Assembly (NCBI GenBank): GCA_013239625.1
Contig: MU053762.1
Coordinates: 23,424 to 87,423, forward strand
Direction: 5' to 3'
Length of the DNA stretch: 64,000 nt
DNA from: Lama guanicoe
Taxonomy: Eukaryota
Below the pieces are notes generated by a model that did not search any database, had not been told where the DNA came from, and worked only from the letters and a program-made list of their open reading frames with translations. The position numbers and the translations under genes are program-made. Positions 13,031 to 23,361 of the stretch are shown here, piece after piece; within the stretch, counting starts at the first letter, position 1, and each line of letters starts with the position of its first letter.

Positions 13031-13233
13031 GGATTCAGGTTGTACACACCAACAGTTTTCAAATGTTTAAGGAAGTACGATTTCATTTCTGAAAATACGG
13101 ATTACAAGAGTTTGTACTACATCAATTGAAGCCAAACAATTTAATTAAGGTAAATACTTAGTAGATTGGTGGGCCTCCACTACAGGAAGTTTCAGTCAGC
13201 AGATAAATCTTCTAGTAAACTGGCTTCAGTCTA
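13031..13233. pseudogene. NUMT tRNA-Trp (+), tRNA-Ala (-), tRNA-Asn (-)
   Basis: ggattcaggtt...ttcaaa (Trp); acatcaattgaa...ttaattaaggtaaat (Ala); tagattggtgggc...aactggcttcagtcta (Asn). Start of the WANCY cluster. Confidence 0.78.
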
Positions 13234-13244
13234 TTTCTCTAAAT

Positions 13245-13900
13245 CGCTTTGGGCACTCCTTCCATGTTTAGTTTTGTTATCAACATGGGATATCTTCTTT
13301 TTTTAAGGTTTTATTTTATTTCTTTTGGTAATGTCTTTTCCATTTCAATTTACTAGTCTTACACCTTGATAAAATTGATTCTTAAGTATTCTAGTAATAT
13401 TGATATTATGTAAAATACAATTCTGTTAAATTATTCTTGACATTATTCATTGTTACCATGTGCAAGAAAGAAATTCTGATACATTGACAATTTGTATTGT
13501 CTACTTGCTGAAGTATTTGAGTCGCTTACAGCTTAAAAGTTGAGCTACTCAATGAATTGTTCATGATTTCAAGATTTATATATATATGATGATATCATCT
13601 GATTGGTGAATAGATTTGTTTTTAGTGCAACAATTTTATTTGCTGATACTTTTACTGTCTTTCACCCTGGCTTTTTGTGGAAGTTCCAGGAAAACAGTGA
13701 ATAAAAGTGTTGAAAGGAAACCTCTGGGCTTTATTCCAGATTTTTATTTACTGTTTCTTATAATGTATGTATCATACTAAGAGAATTTGTTTCTACCCCT
13801 ATTTTCACGAGTGTTTATTCCATGAAGTAAGAGTGGAGTTTTTTTTAACGTTTCTTGTGATCAATTGAATTAGATGATGTAATTTATCCCGCTGTAATAT
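13245..13900 (-). mobile_element. Very old L1 ORF2 fragment
   Basis: Degenerate equivalent of the RT-region sequence at ~17300-18650 (catgggatatct, attattcattgtta, acttgctgaa, aagttccag). Confidence 0.55.
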
Positions 13901-14159
13901 TGTTGTTTATTATACCATTTAGTTATATGTTAAAATTTAAGACATTGTTTGGTTTAAAATGTTAAAAAATTATAAAATCTTCTGTGGAGACATTTGCTTA
14001 AGGTGCATAATATTTTTATTGTGTGTTTAAATTAAGGTAAGTAGTAGTATTTTAGGTAAGTAGAGGAATCAAATTTAATAGGCAAGTTGATTGTTTCTGT
14101 GATGTTTTTATGGGATTTTATTCCATCAAGATAGTCTTAGGTTATTCCAAGAAAATAGG

Positions 14160-15452
14160 ATTAAGGGATGAGGGGTAGAGACAGGGTGAAATTAAAATAG
14201 TCAGTGGTAAGTGTTAGGTAAAGGGTGTTAGGGGTCAGGGCTAGGGAACAGGGGCCTGGGGAAGTATTGAACGTTTATGTCATGAGTATGGGCTGTGGTT
14301 GGGTCTATGGGCAAGAGCTGGGTTAGGCATTATGGCCTAGGGTCAGGGCAAAGGTCAAGGTCTGGGTCATGGTCTAGGTCAGGGTCTGGGTCTGGGTAAG
14401 GGTCAGGGTCAGGGTCAGGGTTTTAGGGTTCCGGTTAGGGTGTGAGGGTTCTGGTTCAGTTTCAGGGTTCTGGTTCGGGTTCAGGATTGGGTCGGGGTTC
14501 GATTTGGGGTTGGGGCTGGGATTGGATTCAGGTTAGTGTCAGCGTTCAGGCTTAGGGTCATGGTTCAGGTTCAGGGTCAGGGTTAGGGCTAGGACTCTGT
14601 CTATGGCTAGGGTTAGGGTAAGGGCTTGGTTTCAGGTTAGGGTTTAGGGTTAGTGTTAGTGTTAGGGTAGGGTTAAGGTAGGAATATGGTTAGTGTTAAG
14701 GGTAGGGTTAGGGTAAGGTCCTGTTCAGCATCTGGGTCTGGGTCAGGATCTGGGTCAGGATCAAGTTCAGGGTTCAGCCTTAGGGTCTGGATAGGAGTCA
14801 GTGGTCAGTGTTAAGGTCAGTGTTTTTGGTGTGGGGACAAGGTTCAGGGACAGGTTCAGGGTCATTGTCGGTCAGGGTCATGTTCAGGTACAGGGTTTAT
14901 GGTCAGGGTCAGCAGATGGGTCAGGGCTTCTTGGTCAGGGTTATAGATAGGGCTAGTGTTAGGGCCAGGGCTAGGACTAGAGCCATGGCCAGGGTTAGGG
15001 TTTGGGCCAGAGTCAGGGCTAGGGTCAGTGTCAGGGTCAAGTTCAGGGCTAGTGCTGGGGATAGGGCTAGGGCTCAGGGTACGGGTTTAGGGCACAGGTA
15101 AGTAGGATGCGGGCTCAGGTGATGGTTAGGGTACATGTTCGTGTTTAGTATGAGGGAGAGGGTGAGTTTGAGGGAAAGGATGAGGGTGAAGGTCAGGATG
15201 AGAATGAGGTTCTGGGTCAGGTTAGGGGTCAGGGACAAGTTTGTGGTTGGGGTTGGGTTTGTGTTTTGGGTTGGGGTTAGGGTTAGGATTGAGTTTAGGG
15301 TTTGGTTTGGGTAGGGGTTAGGGTTGGGATTGGGGTTGGGGTTGGGGCAAGGTTAGGGTTGGGGTTGGGGCTGGGACTGGGGCAGGTTCAGGGTCAGGGT
15401 TTAGGGATAGGAGAAGTGTTCATGGTTAGGGTCAGGGTCCACGGTTAGGGTC
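14160..15452 (+). repeat. Degenerate interstitial telomere-like hexamer tract, ~1.3 kb, G-rich strand on +
   Basis: 6-bp periodic TTAGGG interspersed with TCAGGG, CTAGGG, TCTGGG, TGAGGG and TTGGGG variants, e.g. ggttagggtttagggttagtgttagtgttagggtagggtt at ~14635. Confidence 0.92.
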
Positions 15453-15689
15453 TGGATCCCAGAATGGAACATGTGGAGAAGCATACATTCAGTTAGCCTA
15501 AAGGGCAAGGGTAAATATAGAATCACTTACCCTGAGTTCTCACCATGTTTCCTATAGCCGGTTTCAAGGTAAGGGCAGTTTGCGATGGAAAATCGAGTTG
15601 GAGAGAGTGCCTCCCCATATATATATATATGTGTTCACAAAAATGTAGGTGATGGACGGCTTCCACACACATTCAGCTCCGAGAATTAT
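15453..15689 (+). repeat. First monomer of the ~247-bp satellite (subtype A, internally deleted)
   Basis: tggatcccagaatggaacatgtggagaagcatacattcagttagcctaaagggcaagg matches the monomers at 23362-24350. Confidence 0.9.
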
Positions 15690-15979
15690 TTTTTAACATT
15701 TTTTATTGATTTATAGTCATTTTACAATGTTGTGTCAATTTCTAATGTAGAGCACAATTTTTCAGTTTTACATGAACATATATTTCACATTTTTCTCTCT
15801 GTGAGCTACCATAAGATCTTGCATATATTTCCCTGTGCTATACAGTATAATCTTGTCTAACTATTCTACAATTTTAAAATCCCAATCTATCTCTTTTCAC
15901 CCCCCGCCCCCTTGGCAGCCACAAGTTTGAATTCTGTGTCTCTGAGTCTATTTCTGTTTTGTATTTATGCTTTTTTTTT

Positions 15980-18900
15980 TGATTCCACATATGAATGATC
16001 TCATATGGCATTTTTCTTTCTCTTTCTGGCTTACTTCACTTAGAATGACATTCTCCAGGAACATCCATGTTGCTGCAAATGGCATTATGTTGTCGGGTTT
16101 TATGGCTGAATAGTATTCCATTGTATAAATATACCACTTCTTTATCCAATCATCTGTTGGATATTTAGGCTGTAACCATGTCTTGGCTATTGTAAAGCTG
16201 TTATGAACATTGGGGTGCATGCGTCATCCTGAAGTAGGGTTCCTTCTGGATACAAGCCCAGGAGTGGGATTCCTGGGTCTTATGGTAAGTCAATTCCTAG
16301 TCTTTTGAGGAATCTCCATACTGTTTTCCACAGTGGCTGCACCAAACTGCATTCCCACCAGCAGTGTAGGAGAGTTCCCTTTTCTTCACAGCCTCTCCAG
16401 CATTTGTCATTTGTGGATTTTTGAATGATGACCATTCTGACTGTTGTGAGGTGATACCTCATTGTAGTTTTGATATGCATTTCTCTGATAATTAGTGATA
16501 TTGAACATTTTTTCATGTGCCTATTGATCATTTGTATGTCTTCCTTGGAGAATTGCTTGTTTAGATCTTCTGTCCATTTTTGGATTGTGTCATTTATTTT
16601 TTTCTTATTGAGTCTTATGAGCTGCTTATATATTCTGGAGATCAAGCCTTTGTCGGTTTCACTTGCAAAATTTTTCTCCCATTCCGTAGGTTGTCTTTTT
16701 ATTTTACTTATGGTTTCCTTTGCTGTGCAGAAGCTTGTAAGTCTAATTAGGCCCCATTTATTTATTCTTGCTTTTATTTCTTCTAGGAGAAAAGTTTTGA
16801 TATGTATGTCAGATAATATTTTGCCTATGTTTTCCTCTTATTGTATCTTGTCCTAAATTTAATTCTTTGATACATTTTGAGTTTATTTTTGTGTATGTTG
16901 TAAGGGAGTGTTCTAGCTTCATTGTTTTATATGCTGCTGTCCAGTTTTCCCAACACCATTTGCTGAAAAGTCTGTCTTTATTCCATTGTATATTCTTGCC
17001 TCCTACATCAAATATTGGTTGACCAAAAGTTTGTGGGTTCATTTCTGGGCTCTCTTTTCTGTTCCATTGATCTATATGTCTGTTTTTGTACCAATACCAT
17101 GCTGTCTTGATGACTGTAGCTCTATAGTATTGTCTGTAGTCTGGGAGAGTTAGTCCTCCAGCCTCTTTCTTTCTCTTCAGTAATGCTTTGGTAATTCTAG
17201 GTCTTTGATGGTTCCATATACATTTTATTATGATTTATTCTAGTTCTGTGAAATATGTCCCTGGTAATTTGATAGGGATTGCATTAAATCTGTCAATTGT
17301 CTTGGGCAGTCTGACCATTTTAACAATATTGATTCTTCCAATCCAAGAGCATGGGATATCTTTCCAATTTTTAAAGTCTTCTTTAATTTCCTTCATCAAT
17401 TTTTTAAAAATTTTTTTATTGATTTATAATCATTTTACAATGTTTTGTGAATTTCCAGTGTAGGGCACAATTTTTTCAGTTATACATGAACATATATATA
17501 CTGATTGTCACATTTTTTTCTCTTTGAGATACCATAAGATCCTGTATATATTTCCCTGTGCTGTACAGTGTAATCTTTTTTATCTATTCTAAAACTCTGA
17601 AATCCCAGTCTATCTCTCCCCACCCCCGCCCCCTTGGCAACCACATGAAATCCCAGTCTATCTCTTACCACCCCCTGCCCCCTTGGCAATCACAAGTTTG
17701 TATTCTATGTCTGTGAGTCTACTTCTGTTTGTATTTATGCTTTTTTTTTTGTTTTTTGGTTTTTTTGGGGGGTTTTTTGGTTTTTTGTTTTGTTTTTTTT
17801 TACATTCCACAGATGAGCAATCTCATATGGTATTTTTCTTTCTCTTTCTGGCTTACTTCACTTTAATGACATTCTCCACGAACATCCATGTTGCTGCAAA
17901 TGGCATTATGTTGTCACTTTTTCTTGTTGAGTTGTATTCCATTGTATATATATATACCACATCTTCTTTATCCAGTCATTTGTTAATGGACATTTAGGCT
18001 GTAGGTGACACCTGCATCCCAATGTTCATAGTAGCATTACCTACAATAGCCAAGACATGGAAACATCCTTCATCATTGGTTCATAGTGTTCTGTGTATAA
18101 TTCTTTCACCTCCTTGGTTAGATTTGTTCCTTGTTATTTTATTACTTTGGATGCTATTTTAAAAAGGATTGTTTCCTTACTTTCTTTCTCTGTTGATTCA
18201 TAATCAGTGTAAAGAAATTCAACAGCTATTTGAATGTTAATCTTGTAACCTGCTACCTAGCTGAATTCTTCGATCAGCTCTAGTAGCTTTTTTGTGGACC
18301 TTTTAGGGTTTTCTATATATAGTAACTTGTCATCAGCATATAGTGACACTTTTACTTCTTCTTTTCCAGTGTGGATCCCTTTTATTTCTCTCTCTTGCCT
18401 GACTGCTGTGGCTAGGACTTCCAAGGCTATGATGAATAGGAGTGGTGATAGTGGGCATCCTTGTCCCAGATTTTAGTGGGAAGCTTTTGAGTTTTTCACC
18501 ATTGAGTACTATTGTGGCTGTAGGTTTGTCATATATACCTTTTATTATGTTGAGATATGTTCCTTCTATACATACTTTGGTGGCAGTTTTTATCATAAAT
18601 GGGTGTTGAGTTTTATCAAATGCTTTTTCTGCATCGATTGAGATGATAATGTGGTTTTTGTCTTTTCTCTTGTTGATGTGATGTATTACATTGATTGATT
18701 TGCATATGTTGAACCAGCCTTGTGTCCCTGGGATGAACGCCACTTGGTCATGATGTATAATCTTTTTTATGTGTTTTTGGATTCTATTTGCTAATATTTT
18801 GATGAGGATTTTGGCATCTATGTTCATCAGTGATATTGGCCTATAATTTTCTTTTTTGGTAATGTCTTTGCCTGGTTGTGGTATCAGGGTGATGGTGGCT

Positions 18901-20411
18901 TTATAGAATGAGTTTGGGAGCATTCCCTACTTTTCAATCTTCTGGAAGAGTTTGAGAAGGATTGGTATCAGTTCTTCTTTGAATGTTTGGTACAATTCCC
19001 CGGTGAAGCCATCCGGTCCTGGATTTTTATTTATAGGGAGGTTTCTTATTGAAAATTAGATTTCATTTCTAGTGATCAGTTTGTTCAAGTGGTCAGATTT
19101 TTCTTGGTTCAGTCTTGGTGGACAGTATGTTTCCAGAAACTTGTCCATGTCTTCGAGGTTATCCAGTTTGGTTACATATAGTTTTTCATAATATTCTCAT
19201 ATGATATTCCATATTTCTTTTTTATTTGTTGCAATTTCTGCATTTCCTTTATTTTTTGCTAATTTGTGCTCTCTCTTTTTTCTTCTTTGTGAGTTTGGCC
19301 AGAGGCTTATCAATTTTATTTACTTTTTCAAAAAACCAGCTTGTGGTTTGGTTGATTTTACCTATGGTCTTGTTAATCTCTATTTCCTTTATTTCCTCCC
19401 TAATCTTTATAATTTCCTTCCTTCTGCTGCCTTTTAGAGTTTTTTTGTCTTCTTTTTCTAGTTCATTCAGCTGGTGGGTTAAATTGTGTCTTTGAGGTTT
19501 TTCTTCTTTTTAGAGGAAGGGCTGTATCGCTATAAACTTCCCTCTTAGCACTGCCTTTGCTGTGTCCCATAAATTTGTGTGGCTGTGCTTTCACTGTCAT
19601 TTGTCTCAGGGTATTTTTTAATTTCAGCTTTCACTTCCTCATTGACCCATTTTTTAAATAACATTTTGTTTAAAGTCCAAGCTTTCCTTTTCTTCTCTTT
19701 TGATTCTTTGTTGTTGATTTCTAGTTTCATGGCATTGTTGTCAGTAAAGACGCTTGAGATAATTTCTATCTTCTTAAAATTTTTGAGGTTTCTTTTGTGC
19801 CAAAGTACATGATAAATCCTGAAAGATATTCCATGTGCACTTGAAACGAATGTATATCCTATTTTGGGGGAGTGTAATTCTCTGAAAATATCCACCAAAT
19901 ATAATTTTTCTATTGTATTATTTAATTTCTCTGTTGTATTATTTATTTTCTGTCTGGAAGAGCTGTCTAGTGATGTTAATGTGGTGTTAAAATCTCCAAC
20001 TATGATTGTATTCTCATCAATATCTCCCTTTATCTCTGTTAGTAATTGTTTTATGTAGTTAGGTGCTCCTATATTGGGTGCATATATATTAATGAGTGTA
20101 ATATCCTCATCTTGTATCACTCCTTTAATCATTATAAACTGTCCTTCTTTATGGCCTTTGTTTTAAAGTCTTTTTTTTCTGAAATCAGTACTGCAACACC
20201 TGAGTTTTTGGCTTTTCCATTTGCATGGATTATTCTTTTCCACCCTTTCACCCTCAATCTATATGTTTCCTTCTCCCTGAAGTGGGTCTCTTGAATGCAG
20301 TATATTGAAGGTTCTTGCTTTATTATCCTGTCTGCCACTCAGTGTCTTTTGACTGGAGCATTAGTCAAAAACATTTACAGTAATTAATGACAGATGAGTG
20401 TTTATTGCCAT
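15980..20411 (-). pseudogene. L1 ORF2 (endonuclease / reverse transcriptase), frameshifted
   Basis: Start ATGGCAATAAACACT at 20411. Fragments [53 protein letters not shown] are scattered over several frames. Confidence 0.92.
17401..18065 (-). mobile_element. Nested 5'-truncated, 5'-inverted L1 inside the full-length L1 ORF2
   Basis: TSD tccttcatcaat (17389-17400) / tccttcatcatt (18066-18077). 18003-18065 is the next L1 segment in the opposite orientation. Confidence 0.88.
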
Positions 20412-20808
20412 TTTGAACTTATCTTTGCAGTTGACTTGGTATTTCCTCTTTGTTCCTTTCTTCCTCTCTTTTGTGGTATGGTAATTTTCCTTTGTATTAT
20501 CATGAATTTTATTTAGCTTTAGTGACCCCCTTGTAAGTTTTTGGCTTGTGGTTATCCTTTTTTTAAGTCTATTTACCCATTACTAAAACTGTTTTTATTA
20601 AGCTGATAGTAACATGATCTCAACCCCATTCTACCCAGAACAAGAAATTTAAAAAAGAAAAAAATTTCTATATTTTCCTGCCTCCCTCTCCCACTCTCAA
20701 TGATTTATATGCCTTCTTTTATAATTTTGTGTTTATTTTATTTGTAATTCATGAGTTATCACCTTTACAGTTGTGAGTTTCTCATTTCTGTAGCATCCTG
20801 CTGCTTTT

Positions 20809-21717
20809 CTATTTAGAGTAGAGCTTTAGTAGAGCTTTTTTCTTTTAGCATGGGCTTAGTGTTGCTAAACTCTTGTAGTTTTTTCTTGTCTGTGAAATTC
20901 TTTGTCTCTCCTTCTATCCTAAAGGATAGCCTTGCTGGATAAAGTATCCTAGCCTGCATCGTTTTTTCATTCAAGACTTTGAATATATTTTGCCACTCCC
21001 TTCTGGCCTCTAGTGTTTATGTAAAGTAATCAGCTGAAAGTCTTATGGCAGTTCCCTTGTAACTCACTCTTTGCTTTTCTCTTGCTGCCTTTAGGATAAT
21101 ATCTTTATCCTTGACTCTGGCCATCATGATTATGATATGTCTTGGTGTGGTTCTTTTTGGGTTCTTGTTTGGGACCCTCTGAGCTTCCTATACATGGATA
21201 TCTGTTTCCTTCTTTAAGTCTGGGAAGTTTTCAGTCATGATTTCTTCAAAAACCTTTTCAATATCCTTTGATCTTTCTCCCCCTTCTGGGACCCCTATTA
21301 TGCAAAGGTTGGGATGCTTTATATTATCCCATAGGTCCCTTACGTCATTTTCATTTATTTTAATTTGTTTATCTTGTAGCTCTTCTCATTGGGTGCTTTC
21401 TATTTTCCTGTCTTCTAGGTCACTAATTCGTTCCTCTTCATTTTCTAGTCTGGTTTGCTCAGCCATTAGATCATTTCTCATCTAAGTCAATGAGTTTATC
21501 AATTCTACTTGGCTCTTTTTTGTAGCTTCAATTTCATTTTTGGCATATTTTATTTCTCTAAACACTATCTCTTTTAGTTCCCTCAATACTTTGATCACTC
21601 CTTTTTTGAAATGTTGATCTAGTAGGCTATCAATTTCTGTTTCATTGATCTTCTTTCAGGGGATTTCTCTTGGTCTTTTAATTGGGGATGGTTTCTCTGC
21701 TTCTTCATCATGCTCAT
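20809..21717 (-). pseudogene. L1 ORF1, disrupted
   Basis: Minus strand starts MSMMKKQRNHPQLKDQEKSPE. Contains ORF1 motifs IIGVPEGE and IMTENFP. Ends at a TAG before the inter-ORF spacer. Confidence 0.8.
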
Positions 21718-23361
21718 GCCTCTCTGGCACTGTGGTTTATGGAGTATCAGTTATCTATTGTGGTCCTTAAGGAGTTTATCTAATGCCTCTATAGGAATAA
21801 GAATTAGATAAAAAAGAGAGAAAGAATTTTAAAAGAATGGAGAGAAAGGTTTGAAAAGAGTGTATAATGAATGATAGAAGAGCAAGTTGAAGCAGAATAG
21901 CAATTGGGTTGAGATGTCATTTAAAAACCTTTACAAAAAAGGAGAAAAGTGGAAAAGATGTACTGAAACCTGTGTGTAATCAATAACAGGACATCAAAGA
22001 CAAGAGAAATAAAAATGAATTAAGAAATAAAAATTAAAAGGGTGATAGAAAATAGAACAGGTAAAAAGAGATTTAAAAAAACAAAAAAGGAGGTGCTCAG
22101 TGTTCTCCTGTAGACTGTGTGCTTTTGATATGAGATCTTTCTGTCTTTGTCCTGTTTTGGAAGCTCAGCTTGCTGTTTCCAGAGGCCCTCCATTGGCACT
22201 CTTGTCTGTGCTGCTCCCAGTGCCTGTCAGCAAGCGGATTGTGCCTCCTGCCAACACTGAGTCAGGTGCAGCTCTCCTTTGCTGTGGGCGGGCAAGTCAT
22301 TGCCCCTCCTGATGCCACAGTCAGATTTTGCAGACTGGCCAGGTAGAAGGGTGGGTCACTCCCCCTCCCAGCACTGTGGTCAGGGGCTGCGTTCCTGCCC
22401 ATAATTCAGGGGCCACCCTCCTTCTCCTGGTGCCAGTCGCTTTGCTACTTTGTCCTGCTGTGCTCTCCGCCTCGGGTCGGTGTTCCGCAGGTGGGCTTGG
22501 GGAAGACTGAGGAACATCCCTGTCCCTGCTGAGGGCCAAAATCCAGCTCCTTGTTTGTCTTGGCAGAGCAAGTTTTCTGAGGGACCAGGACGGAAAGATT
22601 CTATCTGCCTCAGGCTGTCGTTAAGTCTCTGCCTGGCCCTTGAGGCTGCTAAGTCCTTAGGTGTGGATGCAGGTTTTGCCCCCAATCCCACATGGGTGCT
22701 AAGCACCGGAGGATATGGTGGCTGTGCCTGAGGCCAGCCTATCTTCACCTGAAATCTTTCTGTGGATTTTCATATATGAGGTTATGCATCCTTCCCCCCC
22801 AGGGTATGTCAACTGTGTTGTTTTATGGAGGGCCCAGGTTGTTCAGCCCTGTGCACCCACACCCATGGTGAACGGCCCTCTGCAGTCCCCTGGGACTGCC
22901 TCAGTGCAGCTGCCCCTGTCCTCCACCTGCCTTGGGCTGTCTGGTCCTGGCCCTGGCTGCTGGCCCGTGTCTCGGGCTGGGTGTTGCGGGGCACCCCTGT
23001 GCCTGTTTAACTTAGTTCTGTTGGTCAAGGGCTGCTCTGTACAGATCCAAGCCTCAGAGGCTCCCCCTCTCTCCTGCTGGTCTCTCATTTGGAGAGGGGA
23101 GACCCACCAAACTAGCACCAGTCCTTCTTTGCTGCTCCCTCCCCACAGGAGCCGTCCCACTCTGCTTTGCCTTTTCTTCTTTCTTTTTTCCTTTTCTCCT
23201 ACCAGATTTTTGGAGTCTCTATCTTTTGAAGAGGACAATATTCTGTTGGAGTTCCGCAGGTGCTCTGGTTGGCTGAGTGGGACTATGGATGTGAGTCTTG
23301 GTGCATTTGTGGGAGAGGGTGAGCTATGAGTATCCTTCTATTCCACCATATTGGCTTCCTC

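Larger units (their letters stand above)
8518..13240 (+). pseudogene. Nuclear mitochondrial DNA segment (NUMT), 12S rRNA 3' part to tRNA-Asn
   Basis: Colinear degenerate matches to the vertebrate mitochondrial order 12S-V-16S-L-ND1-I-Q-M-ND2-W-A-N. No long ORF in the supplied (nuclear-code) track corresponds to ND1 or ND2; indels visible by eye; strongly CpG-depleted. Confidence 0.93.
15690..23361 (-). mobile_element. Full-length decayed L1 (5'UTR, ORF1, ORF2, 3'UTR, polyA) inserted in the satellite
   Basis: 5' end GAGGAAGCCAATATGGTGGAATAGAAGG (canonical L1 start CCAAGATGGCGGA, CpG-decayed). Endonuclease, RT and Cys-rich fragments appear in the ORF track. Degenerate TSD cagctccgagaatt / cagttccaagattt. 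The satellite resumes in phase afterwards. Confidence 0.93.

Noticed and set aside
8518..13240. Functional rRNA/tRNA genes or contaminating mitochondrial DNA
   Set aside because: Conserved motifs are mutated, ND1 and ND2 are disrupted, and nuclear retroposons are inserted within it.
14808..15101. 97-aa Arg/Val/Ala-rich ORF
   Set aside because: It is simply the translation of telomere-variant hexamers (VR/AR dipeptides), with a non-ATG start.
22100..23329. Cluster of overlapping ORFs up to 204 aa
   Set aside because: They lie in the GC-rich L1 5'UTR, where stop codons are rare. No recognisable domain.
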